From an uncultured Chloroflexia bacterium (lineage in GTDB: Bacteria; Chloroflexota; UBA5177), in NCBI GenBank assembly GCA_963737125.1, contig CAVTRL010000005.1:38870-102869 (forward strand): a stretch of DNA of 64,000 nt, read 5' to 3'. Under the pieces are notes generated by a model. That model was given only the letters and a program-made list of their open reading frames with translations. It was not told the origin of the DNA and made no database searches. Positions 38,200-48,214 of this stretch are shown here, piece after piece. The first letter of the stretch is position 1. Each line of letters begins with the position of its first letter. The position numbers and the translations under genes are program-made.

Positions 38200-39081
38200 A
38201 TGCTGCTAGACGAAAGGGAGCTTACGCAGCGAGCGTCGGAGATCGAGACGCTGCTCGCGGATATCGACTCCTTTCCCGACGAAGAAATGCGAGCCAAAAC
38301 CCTTGAAATAGTGCAAAACCTTTTGATGCTGTACGGCGAGGGGATGGCTCACATGCTATCCATCATCCAGTTGACGAGTCCGTCTCCCGTCCGGGAAAAC
38401 GTTCTAGAGGCACTCGCCAGGGATGAACTCGTGTCTCACCTCTTACTCCTGCACGACTTGCACCCGATCGATGTGGAAACACGCGTGCTGGGTGCGCTCC
38501 AGGAAGTGCGACCCTATCTCGAGTCGCACGGGGGCAATGTCGAGCTTCTCGGCATCGAGGGCGGCGTGGCACGACTCCGGCTGCAAGGCAGCTGCAGTGG
38601 CTGCCCATCGTCGACCATGACGCTGAAATTGGCGATCGAGGAGGCCATTCAGAAGGCAGCACCAGAGCTCGAAGGCGTAGTGGCCGAAGGAGTCACCGCC
38701 CCGGCTCCGATCAACTTCTTGCCCGCTGCTGAATTCGTCAAGAGGAAGAAACCGGCCGTTGCCCAGCCCGCCTGGACCGAGGTAACCGCGTTGCCGCCAC
38801 TCGCCGACGGCGGTCTCGCCACGGCCGACGTAGACGGCTCCACGCTGCTCTTCATAATGATCGAAGACTCGTACTACGCGTACCGAAATGCCTGCGCGGT
38901 GTGCGGCGAGAGTCTCGAGCGCGCGCATCTGCGCGGAGCGGAGCTCACGTGTGGCGCCTGCGGTCATCATTTTGATGTGCGGCGAGCGGGCCGGTGCCTG
39001 GACGCTCCCGACAAGGCGCTGCAGCCGATTCCTCTCCTCGTCCAAAACGAAACAATAACCGTTGCCCTTGACCGTATGTAA
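38200..39081 (+). CDS. hhyE: NifU-like domain plus degenerate Rieske-like Fe-S protein
   Basis: LLLHDLHP, VRPYLESHGGNV, GSCSGCPSS; CAVC...CGACGHHFDVRRAG. Confidence 0.85.
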   Translation: MLLDERELTQRASEIETLLADIDSFPDEEMRAKTLEIVQNLLMLYGEGMAHMLSIIQLTSPSPVRENVLEALARDELVSHLLLLHDLHPIDVETRVLGALQEVRPYLESHGGNVELLGIEGGVARLRLQGSCSGCPSSTMTLKLAIEEAIQKAAPELEGVVAEGVTAPAPINFLPAAEFVKRKKPAVAQPAWTEVTALPPLADGGLATADVDGSTLLFIMIEDSYYAYRNACAVCGESLERAHLRGAELTCGACGHHFDVRRAGRCLDAPDKALQPIPLLVQNETITVALDRM

Positions 39082-39102
39082 CTGCTCTGCCGGGGAGGAT
39101 CG

Positions 39103-39747
39103 ATGACGCAGCCCGCCGAGCCAAAGCCGTTTACTTCACTTCGACAGCTCGCGCGTCAGGCCGCGTCCAGGGCCGAAGAGCACTGCGAGTTATGTGGCGA
39201 GGCAATTTGGCCTGAACATCAACATCTGCTGGATATCTCGACGCGCGAGCTCCAGTGCACCTGCCGGGCCTGCGCGCTGCTTTTCGATCGACCGGCGGCC
39301 GGCGCCGGTGTCCGGCGCCTGGTGCCGAACCGAAGCACCTACCTGCCGGATTTCGAGCTGTCCGACGCCCTATGGGATAGCCTGCGTATACCCGTCAACA
39401 TGGCGTTTTTCACGTACAATACCGCCGCCGAACGCGTACTGGCCCTCTACCCGGGGCCGATGGGACCAACCGAATCGCTTCTGACTTTTGAAGCATGGCG
39501 GGATCTGGTGGAACGGAACCCGATACTCGATACCATGCAACCGGACGTCGAGGCTTTGTTGGTCCACCGAATCAGAGAAACCCGCGACCACTTCATCGTT
39601 CCCATCGACGAGTGCTACAAGCTCGTGGGAATCATTCGCTTGCACTGGAGGGGGTTGAGCGGAGGACGCGAGGTGTGGGCCGAGATCGACACATTTTTCT
39701 CGAAATTACGAGAGCGAGCCCGACTACCGAGGGGATCCAGTGCCTGA
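39103..39747 (+). CDS. DUF5947 protein (HhaA-like hydrogenase accessory)
   Basis: CELC, H-x-H, CTCRAC, YPGPMGPTES, PIDECYKLVG, WRGLSGG. Confidence 0.85.
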   Translation: MTQPAEPKPFTSLRQLARQAASRAEEHCELCGEAIWPEHQHLLDISTRELQCTCRACALLFDRPAAGAGVRRLVPNRSTYLPDFELSDALWDSLRIPVNMAFFTYNTAAERVLALYPGPMGPTESLLTFEAWRDLVERNPILDTMQPDVEALLVHRIRETRDHFIVPIDECYKLVGIIRLHWRGLSGGREVWAEIDTFFSKLRERARLPRGSSA

Positions 39748-40390
39748 TCTTGAATTTCGGGTGCTCGAGGCAGATGCGCTGGCATACGCGGCCACGCCCA
39801 CGCTGCTGTTCAAGCTGCAGATCGAGAACGTGACACAGGGCGAGCGCATCCAGTCGATCATGCTTCGGAGTCAAATTCGGATAGAAGTGACTCGACGGCA
39901 GTACGACGCGCAGGCCGAGGACCGACTTCTCGAAGTTTTCGGAGAGCGTCATCGCTGGGGTGAGACCCTTCGCAGTCTGTTGTGGACGCACACGTCAAGC
40001 ATCGTGCAGGGCTTCGACGGCTCAACCGTGGCCGAGCTTCCGGTACCGTGCACATACGATTTCGATGTCGTCGGCTCCAAGTACTTTCATGCGCTGAATG
40101 ATGGAGAGATCCCTCTGATCTTTTTATTTAGCGGGACGGTGTTTTACACGACCGGGGATGGACCGTTGCAAATCGCACAAGTATCGTGGGAAAAGGAAGC
40201 GCAGTTCCGTTTACCGGTCAAGATCTGGAAGGACGTAATGGATAGCTACTTCCCGAACAGCACCTGGATACGCCTGCAGACCGACATTTTCGATCGACTC
40301 TATCAGTACAAGGCGCGTCGCGCGCTCCCGACCTGGGAAGCAACCTTTGAGGAGTTGCTGCAGCTACGTGCGGCCGATTTGGAGCACTGA
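39740..40390 (+). CDS. DUF6084 protein (HhaB-like)
   Basis: FGERHRWGETLRSLLW, PCTYDF, FLFSGTVF, YFPNSTW. Confidence 0.85.
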   Translation: MPDLEFRVLEADALAYAATPTLLFKLQIENVTQGERIQSIMLRSQIRIEVTRRQYDAQAEDRLLEVFGERHRWGETLRSLLWTHTSSIVQGFDGSTVAELPVPCTYDFDVVGSKYFHALNDGEIPLIFLFSGTVFYTTGDGPLQIAQVSWEKEAQFRLPVKIWKDVMDSYFPNSTWIRLQTDIFDRLYQYKARRALPTWEATFEELLQLRAADLEH

Positions 40391-40391
40391 C

Positions 40392-41441
40392 ATGGAACGC
40401 GTACACAAGGTGGCCGAAGCCGTGCTGTACGAAGGGTACCTACTGTATCCGTATACACGCACCGCCATGAAGAATCAACAACGGTGGACGTTTGGCGGCG
40501 TGTATCCACGCGAGTACAGCGAAGCCGAAGGCGGCAACGATCCGTGGATCATGCAGACGGAGTGCCTCGTACTGGGCGATGCCGATACGTCAATCGACAT
40601 CATCGTGCGCTTCTTGCAGGTCGTCCAGCGGCGTGTGATGGCACGCGGCGCCGGCGGGAGGACCGAACCGGTCGACGAATTACGGGTGGGAAACGAGGTT
40701 TATCGTCCGTGGGAGGAGGCAATCGAAAGAGAGGTAACGATTGACTCTCTTCCTGTTCGGGACCTCTTGCGGAATCCGGTGCATGGACCAATTTCGATCG
40801 TGGCCGATCGCGCGGTCGAGAATCTTACCGACGACGGCGGACCGATCCTCGGCGACCTGATCAGAGAGTGGGACGCCATCGAAGGTGATGTGGAAGTCAG
40901 CATCGAACCGGTTGCGCCACCCATTTGGCAGGAGCCACGGGCGCTCTACAGGCTCACGGTGAAGATCTCGAACGCGACTCCGTGGTCGATCGATACGACT
41001 CCGCAGCGCAGTGGAGTGGTACGACAGTCCATGATTTCGACCCACACCATTCTGCATGTGGAGGGAGGAGATTTCATTTCTCTGCTGGAGCCTTCCGACG
41101 AGTACCGGGCCGCGGCCGAAGCTTGCAGCAATGTCAAGACCTGGCCGGTACTGGTCGGGGATGCCGGAGAACATCACACGATACTGTCGTCGCCGATCAT
41201 CCTGTACGACTACCCGGAAATCTCGTCCCAGAGCAAAGGCAATTACTTCGATGCGACTGAGATCGACGAGCTCCTCGCTCTGAGTGTGATGACGTTAACC
41301 GACGACGAAAAACAGGAACTGCGCGAGTCCGATCCCCGGGGCCGCGAAATTCTCGAACGCACCGAATCGCTCTCCGAAGAAGAGCTGATGAATCTCCATG
41401 GCATTGTGCGGGGATTACAAGAATCACGGCGGCCGTTCTGA
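40392..41441 (+). CDS. Conserved 1h accessory protein (HhaC-like)
   Basis: AVLYEGYLLYPY...KNQQRWTFG, LSSPIILYDYP, FDATEIDE. Confidence 0.85.
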   Translation: MERVHKVAEAVLYEGYLLYPYTRTAMKNQQRWTFGGVYPREYSEAEGGNDPWIMQTECLVLGDADTSIDIIVRFLQVVQRRVMARGAGGRTEPVDELRVGNEVYRPWEEAIEREVTIDSLPVRDLLRNPVHGPISIVADRAVENLTDDGGPILGDLIREWDAIEGDVEVSIEPVAPPIWQEPRALYRLTVKISNATPWSIDTTPQRSGVVRQSMISTHTILHVEGGDFISLLEPSDEYRAAAEACSNVKTWPVLVGDAGEHHTILSSPIILYDYPEISSQSKGNYFDATEIDELLALSVMTLTDDEKQELRESDPRGREILERTESLSEEELMNLHGIVRGLQESRRPF

Positions 41442-41749
41442 TGGAGGAATTCTGGGAGCGAGAAAACGCTTCTCTACCGCGCGTCATCATCGGCGACGTG
41501 GAGATTCAGGCAGGAAGTCGCGTACGTCTCAATCCGCGGCCGGGCGGCGACATTCTCGATATGGCGCTGGCCGGCAAGGTTGCAATCGTCGAAAGTATCC
41601 AGCAAGATTTCGAGGACAACGTCCATATTGCGGTTGTGGTCGAAGATGATCCGGGACGAGACCTGGGAATCGAGCGGCAACCGGGGCATCGTTTCTTCTT
41701 TTCAATTCCCGAGGTGGAACCTCTGCCGGACGAAATGGGAAGCGATTGA
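41441..41749 (+). CDS. Conserved 1h accessory protein (SH3-like)
   Basis: GSRVRLNP, DILDMALAG, EDDPGRDLG, HRFFF; translationally coupled on both sides. Confidence 0.75.
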   Translation: MEEFWERENASLPRVIIGDVEIQAGSRVRLNPRPGGDILDMALAGKVAIVESIQQDFEDNVHIAVVVEDDPGRDLGIERQPGHRFFFSIPEVEPLPDEMGSD

Positions 41750-42282
41750 TGACACGGATTCTGGTGGCGGGAATCGGCAACGTCTTCCTGGGAGACGACG
41801 GATTCGGTGTCGAGGTGGCTCGCATGTATTCGCGGCAGCCGCTTTTGCCCGACGTCCAGGTGACGGATTTCGGCATTCGTGGCATGGACCTGGTGTATGC
41901 GCTACTAGACGACCGAGATAGCGTGATCTTTATCGACGCAACGCAACGCGGAGAGCCACCGGGAACGCTGTATTTACTCGAACCTGAGATCGAGGATGGT
42001 GGAGAAGTGTCGCTTGACGCCCACGCCATGGACCCGGTGAAAGTGCTGTCGCTGGCGCGTGCTATGGGCGCCAAATCAACCACCACTTACATCATTGGCT
42101 GTGAGCCGGAGTTTGTTCCGGAAGCTGACGATCCAGAGATATATATGAACCTGACCGATCCGGTACGAGCTGCTTGCGGCCGCGCCGTCGAAATGGTCGA
42201 CCAGTTGGTACGGCGGCTATCAGACGCCGATGAATCAGGCGAACCGGCGGTCCCAGAAAACACACTGGTAGAGAGGAGGTGA
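41749..42282 (+). CDS. hupD: Hydrogenase maturation protease (HupD/HyaD family)
   Basis: VAGIGNVFLGDDGFG, DFGIRG, IDA, DAHAMDP, GCEP. Confidence 0.9.
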   Translation: MTRILVAGIGNVFLGDDGFGVEVARMYSRQPLLPDVQVTDFGIRGMDLVYALLDDRDSVIFIDATQRGEPPGTLYLLEPEIEDGGEVSLDAHAMDPVKVLSLARAMGAKSTTTYIIGCEPEFVPEADDPEIYMNLTDPVRAACGRAVEMVDQLVRRLSDADESGEPAVPENTLVERR

Positions 42283-42288
42283 ACAGCC

Positions 42289-42396
42289 ATGCAACGGTTT
42301 TCGCTCGTAGTCGCGGCCCTCGCCCTGGGAACGGCAGCCCTCATTTGGTCGCAATTGCCTGACATACGTCGGTACCTGAAAATGCGATCGATGTAA
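42289..42396 (+). CDS. DUF6893-like single-TM microprotein (35 aa), not in ORF track
   Basis: GGAGGT RBS; MQRFSLVVAALALGTAALIWSQLPDIRRYLKMRSM*. Confidence 0.8.
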   Translation: MQRFSLVVAALALGTAALIWSQLPDIRRYLKMRSM

Positions 42397-42446
42397 TGCC
42401 TGCGACCGGGACGGAACGGCGCTGATTCGAAAGCGGGAGAACACAC

Positions 42447-42653
42447 ATGGATGATGAAACCGACGATAGCCCATCGCACGATACAGGAACGCGCAGAGGG
42501 GAAGAGCTGAGCGGCGCTGACGAAGCCGGGCGCGAGGAGACCGGGACGAACAGCGCTGGTCGCCCCACGGGTTCCTCTACCGCCAGAGACAGTACCAGCA
42601 TAAATCCCCAGGATCCGATTGACGGCGACAGTCCGGAACTCATAACTCCATAA
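42447..42653 (+). CDS. Small acidic hydrophilic protein (68 aa)
   Basis: GGGAG RBS; GTRRGEE...GRPTGSSTARDSTSINP. Confidence 0.65.
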   Translation: MDDETDDSPSHDTGTRRGEELSGADEAGREETGTNSAGRPTGSSTARDSTSINPQDPIDGDSPELITP

Positions 42654-42714
42654 GCCAGGGAGTCGAGCCGCTCATCGGGTAGATCCGTGAGCGGTTTCCT
42701 TCCGGGTATTGAAA

Positions 42715-45552
42715 CTACGCCGATTGCCCGTGCCGCACGCTCTCGTCGAGCGCTCGCACAAAATGGTCGACCAGCGAAGGATCAAACTGGATATTGGCAC
42801 CTGCTTGCAACTCGGCAACTACATTCTCGTAGGAAAGCCCACGGCGATACGGTCGATCGAGATGCATGGCGGAGGCGGCGTCCGCGATCTGCATGATCCT
42901 GCCGAGTAGGGGGGTGCGGCTACCGGGCACTCCATTCGGATATCCTCTACCATCCCAGCGTTCGTGATGCAGTGCCACCGCTTCCACCACGCCTGGATCT
43001 TCCATCACGCCGCGGATCAATGCGACTCCATAGGCAACGTGCCGGGTAACCGCCTCGTATTCCTGTGCGGTCAGCGGCCCCGGTTTGCGCAGTATGCGAT
43101 CCGGTATGGCGATCTTACCGACGTCATGGAGCGTACCGGCGAGAAGTAGTTGGCGGCGCTGCTCCTCGTCAAGCTGCAACTCATCCGCCAAAAGAAGTGC
43201 CAAACGTGTGACGTCATCTGAGTGCTCACGAGTATACCGATCTTTCGCATCCACGGCGTCCACGAGACCCTCGAGCACACCAAAGGGACTATCCCCGAGA
43301 AGATCCGCGGCACCCCTCTTCAGCCATCGGGTTCCTCCACGCGTTTGTGCAGTCGCGCCGAATGCCGGTGTATCGACCTCGCCACGTTTGGAGGAGTACA
43401 TACTTGCGTCGGCAACTGCCACCAGTTCTTGGTAGGTTCGACCGTCGTCGCTGTAACAGGCGATGCCGACGGACACTGAAATTGGGATGCTGCGGACGAC
43501 CTCACCCGCCATAAATGGACGAGCACGGATGGCGTGTTGCAGGCGCAGCGCAACCGCCTGCGCTTTAGCACGGCCGGCGCCGGTGAGAACCACCGCGAAC
43601 TCGTCGCCACCGTGTCTCGCGGCTCGGTCTCCATCCCGGCAGACGCTTCGCAAAATCGTCGCGACCTGTACCAGGATGGCATCTCCGACCAGGTGCCCGT
43701 GCGTGTCGTTGAACAGCTTGAAGTCGTCGACATCGATGAGCAGCAGGGCGAAGGGCACAGGCGAGCCAAGCATTACGTCGAGATAGTTCAACAGGCTGCG
43801 GTGATTGGAGAGACCGGTCACCGGATCGCACTCGGCTTGCCTGGTGGCCTCGGCATAGAGACGTGCATTGCGTATGGCAAGTCCGGCCTGATCGCCGATC
43901 GCGACACACAGATCGACGGTCTCGTCACTTACGTGGACCGTGCCTTCCCAGTACACTTCCAGCACGCCGATTGCCTGGTCATGTACCACCAGAGGCACGA
44001 ACAGTACGGTGGAAACCCCGCGCTCACCCGCCGCCGAAGTGGTCACATCCCCCGAGAAGTCGATGTGGCCCACGTACGGCCGCCGGTCATCAAGAACCTG
44101 TTCGATCAGTTCGTACTGATTCGGGATGTCCGGTGCCCGATTCGATTCATCGTGCTCCCGGCTCGCTGATTCCCATCCGGCAATAGGACGCAACCGGCGG
44201 GCATGCCGATCGATGTGGCTAAAGTCCACCGCAGTTGCGTCCAGGGCGGATTGCAGACTCGATGCCAGTACTTCCAGGATCCGGTCACTGTCGAGTGTGG
44301 AATTGAGCGCCCGGGCGCTCTCTAGCAGCACCTGGAGGCGAGATCGTTCGGCGCGCTCCGATTCCAGTACCCGTGACTTTTCAACGGCCGTTCCGAGTTG
44401 ATTTGCCAGGGCCAGAAGCGGAGAAGCTTGTTCTCGTCCGATCGGGCGTCCGCTCGTAAAATTGTCCACCGAGATTAATCCGGTCATGATGCCACCCGAT
44501 CGCAAGGCAACGACCAGGTTGTGTGTGGGGTGGCCATCGAGGAGGTACCTCTGGTCGGGCGGCGTATCACGATAGGCGTCATCCGTATAGAAGAACTCCT
44601 CGCCTGCGTACAGAGCCTTCATGTCCGGAGTTGTCCAGATCGAGCTTTCCGGGGTCAACGAAAGGATCCTATCGACGGGGCAGGTCTTGTTTCCATACTC
44701 GTCGGTGCCGCGCACTTCCACAAAGGTCTCGCGTTGCCAATCAAAGAGCACGATACCAACGCGGTCGTATCCGAGACCCTCGCGAATGGCGTCGTAAACG
44801 GCGTCCAGCACCTCATCCAGAGTTAAAGCGGAGTTGACGCGGCCGCCAATTTCCAGCAGCCAGGCCAGGTTCGCTTCGCGCTCAAGTAGGTCTGCGTGCA
44901 GCGACTCGATTCGATGGGAGCGTTCCTCTAACAGCGCAACGTTCTCGAGCGCTACCGCCAACATATTTGCGAAGGTACCCAATGGCAAGATTTGCGACTC
45001 GGTAATGGGCCGCTGGCTGATCAAATTATCGACCGAAATCAAGCCGGCAACGGCGTCCGACGTGCGCAAGGAGATGCGCAACACTTCGTCCGGTTGGCCA
45101 TCCAGAGTTTTCCGATCCTCGGCCGACAACAGCTCTTGAACGTTCCGCTGGAGGATGTACCCTTTACCGTCAACGCGCATGCACGGCTCGTTGAGAAGTG
45201 TAAGAGCGTAGTCCGAGCCGCCCACCGGAAACTCGCGACCAACTGGGTAGATTTTTTTACCGCACTCATTGGTGCCAATCCGCTCAACCAACATGCGATT
45301 ATCGCGGTCGAAGAGCAAGAACCCAACGCGATCGAATCCCATGCCAGAGCGAATGGCATCGTAGGCGAGATCGAGCAACGATGCAACCGTTCCGCACCGC
45401 AACATTGCATTCGTCGTGTTTGTCAACCATGCCGCGTCACCGTGGTCGCGCGGAACTACGGCCTCATCCAGCCGAGATCCAGAGGCCGTCAATCCACCCG
45501 TCTCGCCGGCGTCGGGACGCCATGTATCTGCATAATCCACGTCTTCTCTCAC
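42715..45552 (-). CDS. GAF x3 - GGDEF - HD-GYP c-di-GMP enzyme
   Basis: RDGD I-site plus RHGGDEF; HDVGK, HHERWDGRGYP; two similar N-terminal GAFs (G(F/Y)DRVG...GLISVDN). Confidence 0.9.
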   Translation of the reverse strand: MREDVDYADTWRPDAGETGGLTASGSRLDEAVVPRDHGDAAWLTNTTNAMLRCGTVASLLDLAYDAIRSGMGFDRVGFLLFDRDNRMLVERIGTNECGKKIYPVGREFPVGGSDYALTLLNEPCMRVDGKGYILQRNVQELLSAEDRKTLDGQPDEVLRISLRTSDAVAGLISVDNLISQRPITESQILPLGTFANMLAVALENVALLEERSHRIESLHADLLEREANLAWLLEIGGRVNSALTLDEVLDAVYDAIREGLGYDRVGIVLFDWQRETFVEVRGTDEYGNKTCPVDRILSLTPESSIWTTPDMKALYAGEEFFYTDDAYRDTPPDQRYLLDGHPTHNLVVALRSGGIMTGLISVDNFTSGRPIGREQASPLLALANQLGTAVEKSRVLESERAERSRLQVLLESARALNSTLDSDRILEVLASSLQSALDATAVDFSHIDRHARRLRPIAGWESASREHDESNRAPDIPNQYELIEQVLDDRRPYVGHIDFSGDVTTSAAGERGVSTVLFVPLVVHDQAIGVLEVYWEGTVHVSDETVDLCVAIGDQAGLAIRNARLYAEATRQAECDPVTGLSNHRSLLNYLDVMLGSPVPFALLLIDVDDFKLFNDTHGHLVGDAILVQVATILRSVCRDGDRAARHGGDEFAVVLTGAGRAKAQAVALRLQHAIRARPFMAGEVVRSIPISVSVGIACYSDDGRTYQELVAVADASMYSSKRGEVDTPAFGATAQTRGGTRWLKRGAADLLGDSPFGVLEGLVDAVDAKDRYTREHSDDVTRLALLLADELQLDEEQRRQLLLAGTLHDVGKIAIPDRILRKPGPLTAQEYEAVTRHVAYGVALIRGVMEDPGVVEAVALHHERWDGRGYPNGVPGSRTPLLGRIMQIADAASAMHLDRPYRRGLSYENVVAELQAGANIQFDPSLVDHFVRALDESVRHGQSA

Positions 45553-45666
45553 CTTATCCAGCCTACCGAAACGGCAAGTGTCCGGACATGGGACGAAAGG
45601 AGAAAAACGGTAGGGAAAAGGAGTATGGATTTGTGCAGTTGGCAGATGAGCGCGAGCCCCTGTGCT

Positions 45667-46107
45667 CTAGCTCTCTTGCAAGGTGCCTTCTACCGTAATC
45701 TCCACATTACCGCGCAAGGCATTGCTGACCGGGCAGGCCTGCTCCGCTTCCCGAGCAACGCGTGAAAACGTGTCGGCGTCTACTCCTGGTACGCGTCCCT
45801 CTGCCTGAATGCGCATCGTGCTGATTTTCAGGCCGTCAACTTGCTGCTCAACAGTGCAGATCGCCGTTACCTGCAGGCTGTCCGGCGTAGTACCGGCGGT
45901 CGAGAGCATATTCGTGAGCACCATGGCATAGCATTCCGCCTGCGCGGCTGCCAGTAGTTCCTCGGGGCTCGTCTTGCCGTCAGGCCGTTCGATTCGCGAC
46001 GCCCACGTGACCGGGGCGTCAGCGAGGGCGCCGCTGCCGGTGCTAAGAGTTCCTCTCCCCTTGGTCAACGTGCCTTCCCAATTCACGGTCGCTCGTCGCT
46101 CAGCCAT
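45667..46107 (-). CDS. osmC: OsmC family peroxiredoxin
   Basis: WEG, TSPEELLAAA-x2-C, CPVSNAL. Confidence 0.9.
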   Translation of the reverse strand: MAERRATVNWEGTLTKGRGTLSTGSGALADAPVTWASRIERPDGKTSPEELLAAAQAECYAMVLTNMLSTAGTTPDSLQVTAICTVEQQVDGLKISTMRIQAEGRVPGVDADTFSRVAREAEQACPVSNALRGNVEITVEGTLQES

Positions 46108-46424
46108 TACGAACCTCCAGTACTTAGATCAAGAGCGGGCTACGGGACTACGTTTGGACCTGGATCCGGCGGATGCAACCGCCGGCCTCGCCCGTCGCTC
46201 GCACCTGCCGTTCGATTCATTATCCGGGTTGGTCGGCGCAGGACTAAAAGTACGGCTCGTGATGTCCGGTGGTTGCCCGCTGAGGTAGTCTAGTTTTGAG
46301 TCCGACGCAGTTCAGGCAAGCCGGGAAAAGATGCAAGGCTGAACGTACCGGACGAAACGTACCTCCGCGAGCGGGCTGTAGATCGACCGCCCCTTCTCAA
46401 AACACCAAGGAAGATACTTCGCTT

Positions 46425-46835
46425 ATGACTCGGTTCGTCGTCGACGTGAGCGCCGTCCTCCACCTGGCCGCCGAGGAGATCGATGTCCCGGCCGCCCACA
46501 AACTCCTGGCGCCGACGCTCTTGCGCTCGCAGACGCTCTCGGCGCTGCACGGGGCCGTACACCGGGGCGAGTTGCCGGCCGATGTCGCGCGTCTGCGGCT
46601 CGCCGCTATCGGCGGGATGCGCATCCGCCTGCTGGGCGACGCGGTTTTGCGGCGCCGAGCCTGGGAGATCGCGGATCGGCTCGGATGGGATTCGACGTTC
46701 GATGCCGAATACGTGGCACTCACTCAGCTACAGGCCGACGCCTTGATAACCCTGGACGCAGAGTTGGCGCTCAGCCTTCGGGGCATTGTCACGCTGGCTT
46801 CCATCGACGACCTCGGTCGGGCGACGACACGCTGA
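46425..46835 (+). CDS. PIN-domain (VapC-like) protein
   Basis: FVVDVS, TFDAEYVAL, LITLD. Confidence 0.8.
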   Translation: MTRFVVDVSAVLHLAAEEIDVPAAHKLLAPTLLRSQTLSALHGAVHRGELPADVARLRLAAIGGMRIRLLGDAVLRRRAWEIADRLGWDSTFDAEYVALTQLQADALITLDAELALSLRGIVTLASIDDLGRATTR

Positions 46836-46970
46836 TTCATAGACACCAGGGCTTGCATCGTCCGAGCGAGCGCTTTATGAATCCAGGGCGGAAACGCGCC
46901 TCGAAAGCCTGGCCACAATCACTCTCCAGCTCACAGCTGCTGCACCGAAGTAGAAAGCAACGGCAGGCGG

Positions 46971-47757
46971 CTATGTGGCTCCCTGCTTCACGGCCCAACC
47001 AATGTAGCTACCGCACGTCAGTCGAGTCTCGGTGAAGACGGCTGCCCGGCCGAACTCTCCGAAGCCAATCGTGCCACAGTTCAGACGGCGCACGAGGCGA
47101 ACGAGCGTCAAGGGATTCGCCTTGGGGCGGATGCCGGTAAGACCGCGTGGAACGAGATCGTAGTGTAAGAAATACTCGGCTAGCTCATTCGGCCTGATGA
47201 ACCTCTCCCACACATGAAAATGGGTCGGCACGAATCTCGACCAGGTCCACTCCTGAAGTAGTTTGATGGCGATGATCTTGCTCAAGAAGGTGCGGTTGAT
47301 CGTATCGAAGAGGTACAGCCCGCCCGGTTTAAGCACCCGCGCGGCCTCGGCGATCGAACGATCGAGATCTCGGACATGTTCGAGCACATCACAGCAGTAG
47401 ACAAGGTCAAAGGACGCATCGCGAAAGGGTAATGCCTCTGCTTCTCCGCGGCAATACCCGATGTCCAGGCCAGAGTCGCGCGCATGAGCACGCGCGGTTT
47501 CGAGGGAGGTCGCGGATGGATCGATGCCGGTCACCTTCAATCCCAGACGTGAGAACTCCTCGGCCAGCAAGCCGCCACCACAGCCAATGTCAAGCGCGGT
47601 CTTTCCCGGGAGGTCAAGATCGACGGCTTGCATGGCGCGGACGCAGTAAGCCAAGTCGTACCGGATTCAAAGCATGTCGCAGCACCGAGAGCATCTCGTT
47701 TTCGTCCCACCAGATGTCTCCGGGCCGGTTGTAGATCTCGTTATCGACGCTTGCCAT
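46971..47757 (-). CDS. ubiG: UbiG-like O-methyltransferase, frameshifted at ~47655
   Basis: WWD...LNPVR in one frame; LDIGCGGGLL, CCDVLEHV, DTINRT, FIRP in the next; one extra base in CGACTTGGCT. Confidence 0.75.
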
Positions 47758-47834
47758 GAAGTCCGGCTCTGCTTCTTTGTAACCCAGACTCGTACGGGTC
47801 ATCATAGAACACGGTGTTGCGCGGGAGGTCTGGC

Positions 47835-48035
47835 ATGCGTTGGGTACGATTGATTGGTGGAGTCTTGGTCACGCTGGTGGGTTTGATCTGGATCCTGCAG
47901 GGTCTAAACGTGATCGGCGGCTCCACTATGTCGGGGCACGGACAGTATGCCGTTCTTGGCGTGGTTGTCATGCTGATAGGGCTCTGGCTGCTGTGGGGAG
48001 CGATCGCGATTCGATCGAACGCACAGGTTCCGTAA
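47835..48035 (+). CDS. Small two-TM membrane protein
   Basis: GGGAGG RBS; GLIWILQGLNVIGGSTMSG. Confidence 0.7.
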   Translation: MRWVRLIGGVLVTLVGLIWILQGLNVIGGSTMSGHGQYAVLGVVVMLIGLWLLWGAIAIRSNAQVP

Positions 48036-48214
48036 GGCGCAAACACCAGGAGCCGTCGTAGTGTTGGTCGGATGTCCAGATCGATCGTCGCTTGGTCCGG
48101 AGGCGCCATCACGGCCGGCAAGTTACATCGCTGTTCGGCCGGCCGGCAGTGGTCGTCGCGGATCTGACCGTTGTGGTTCGAATCCAGCCTGAACGTCACA
48201 CTGCATAGGGCGCA

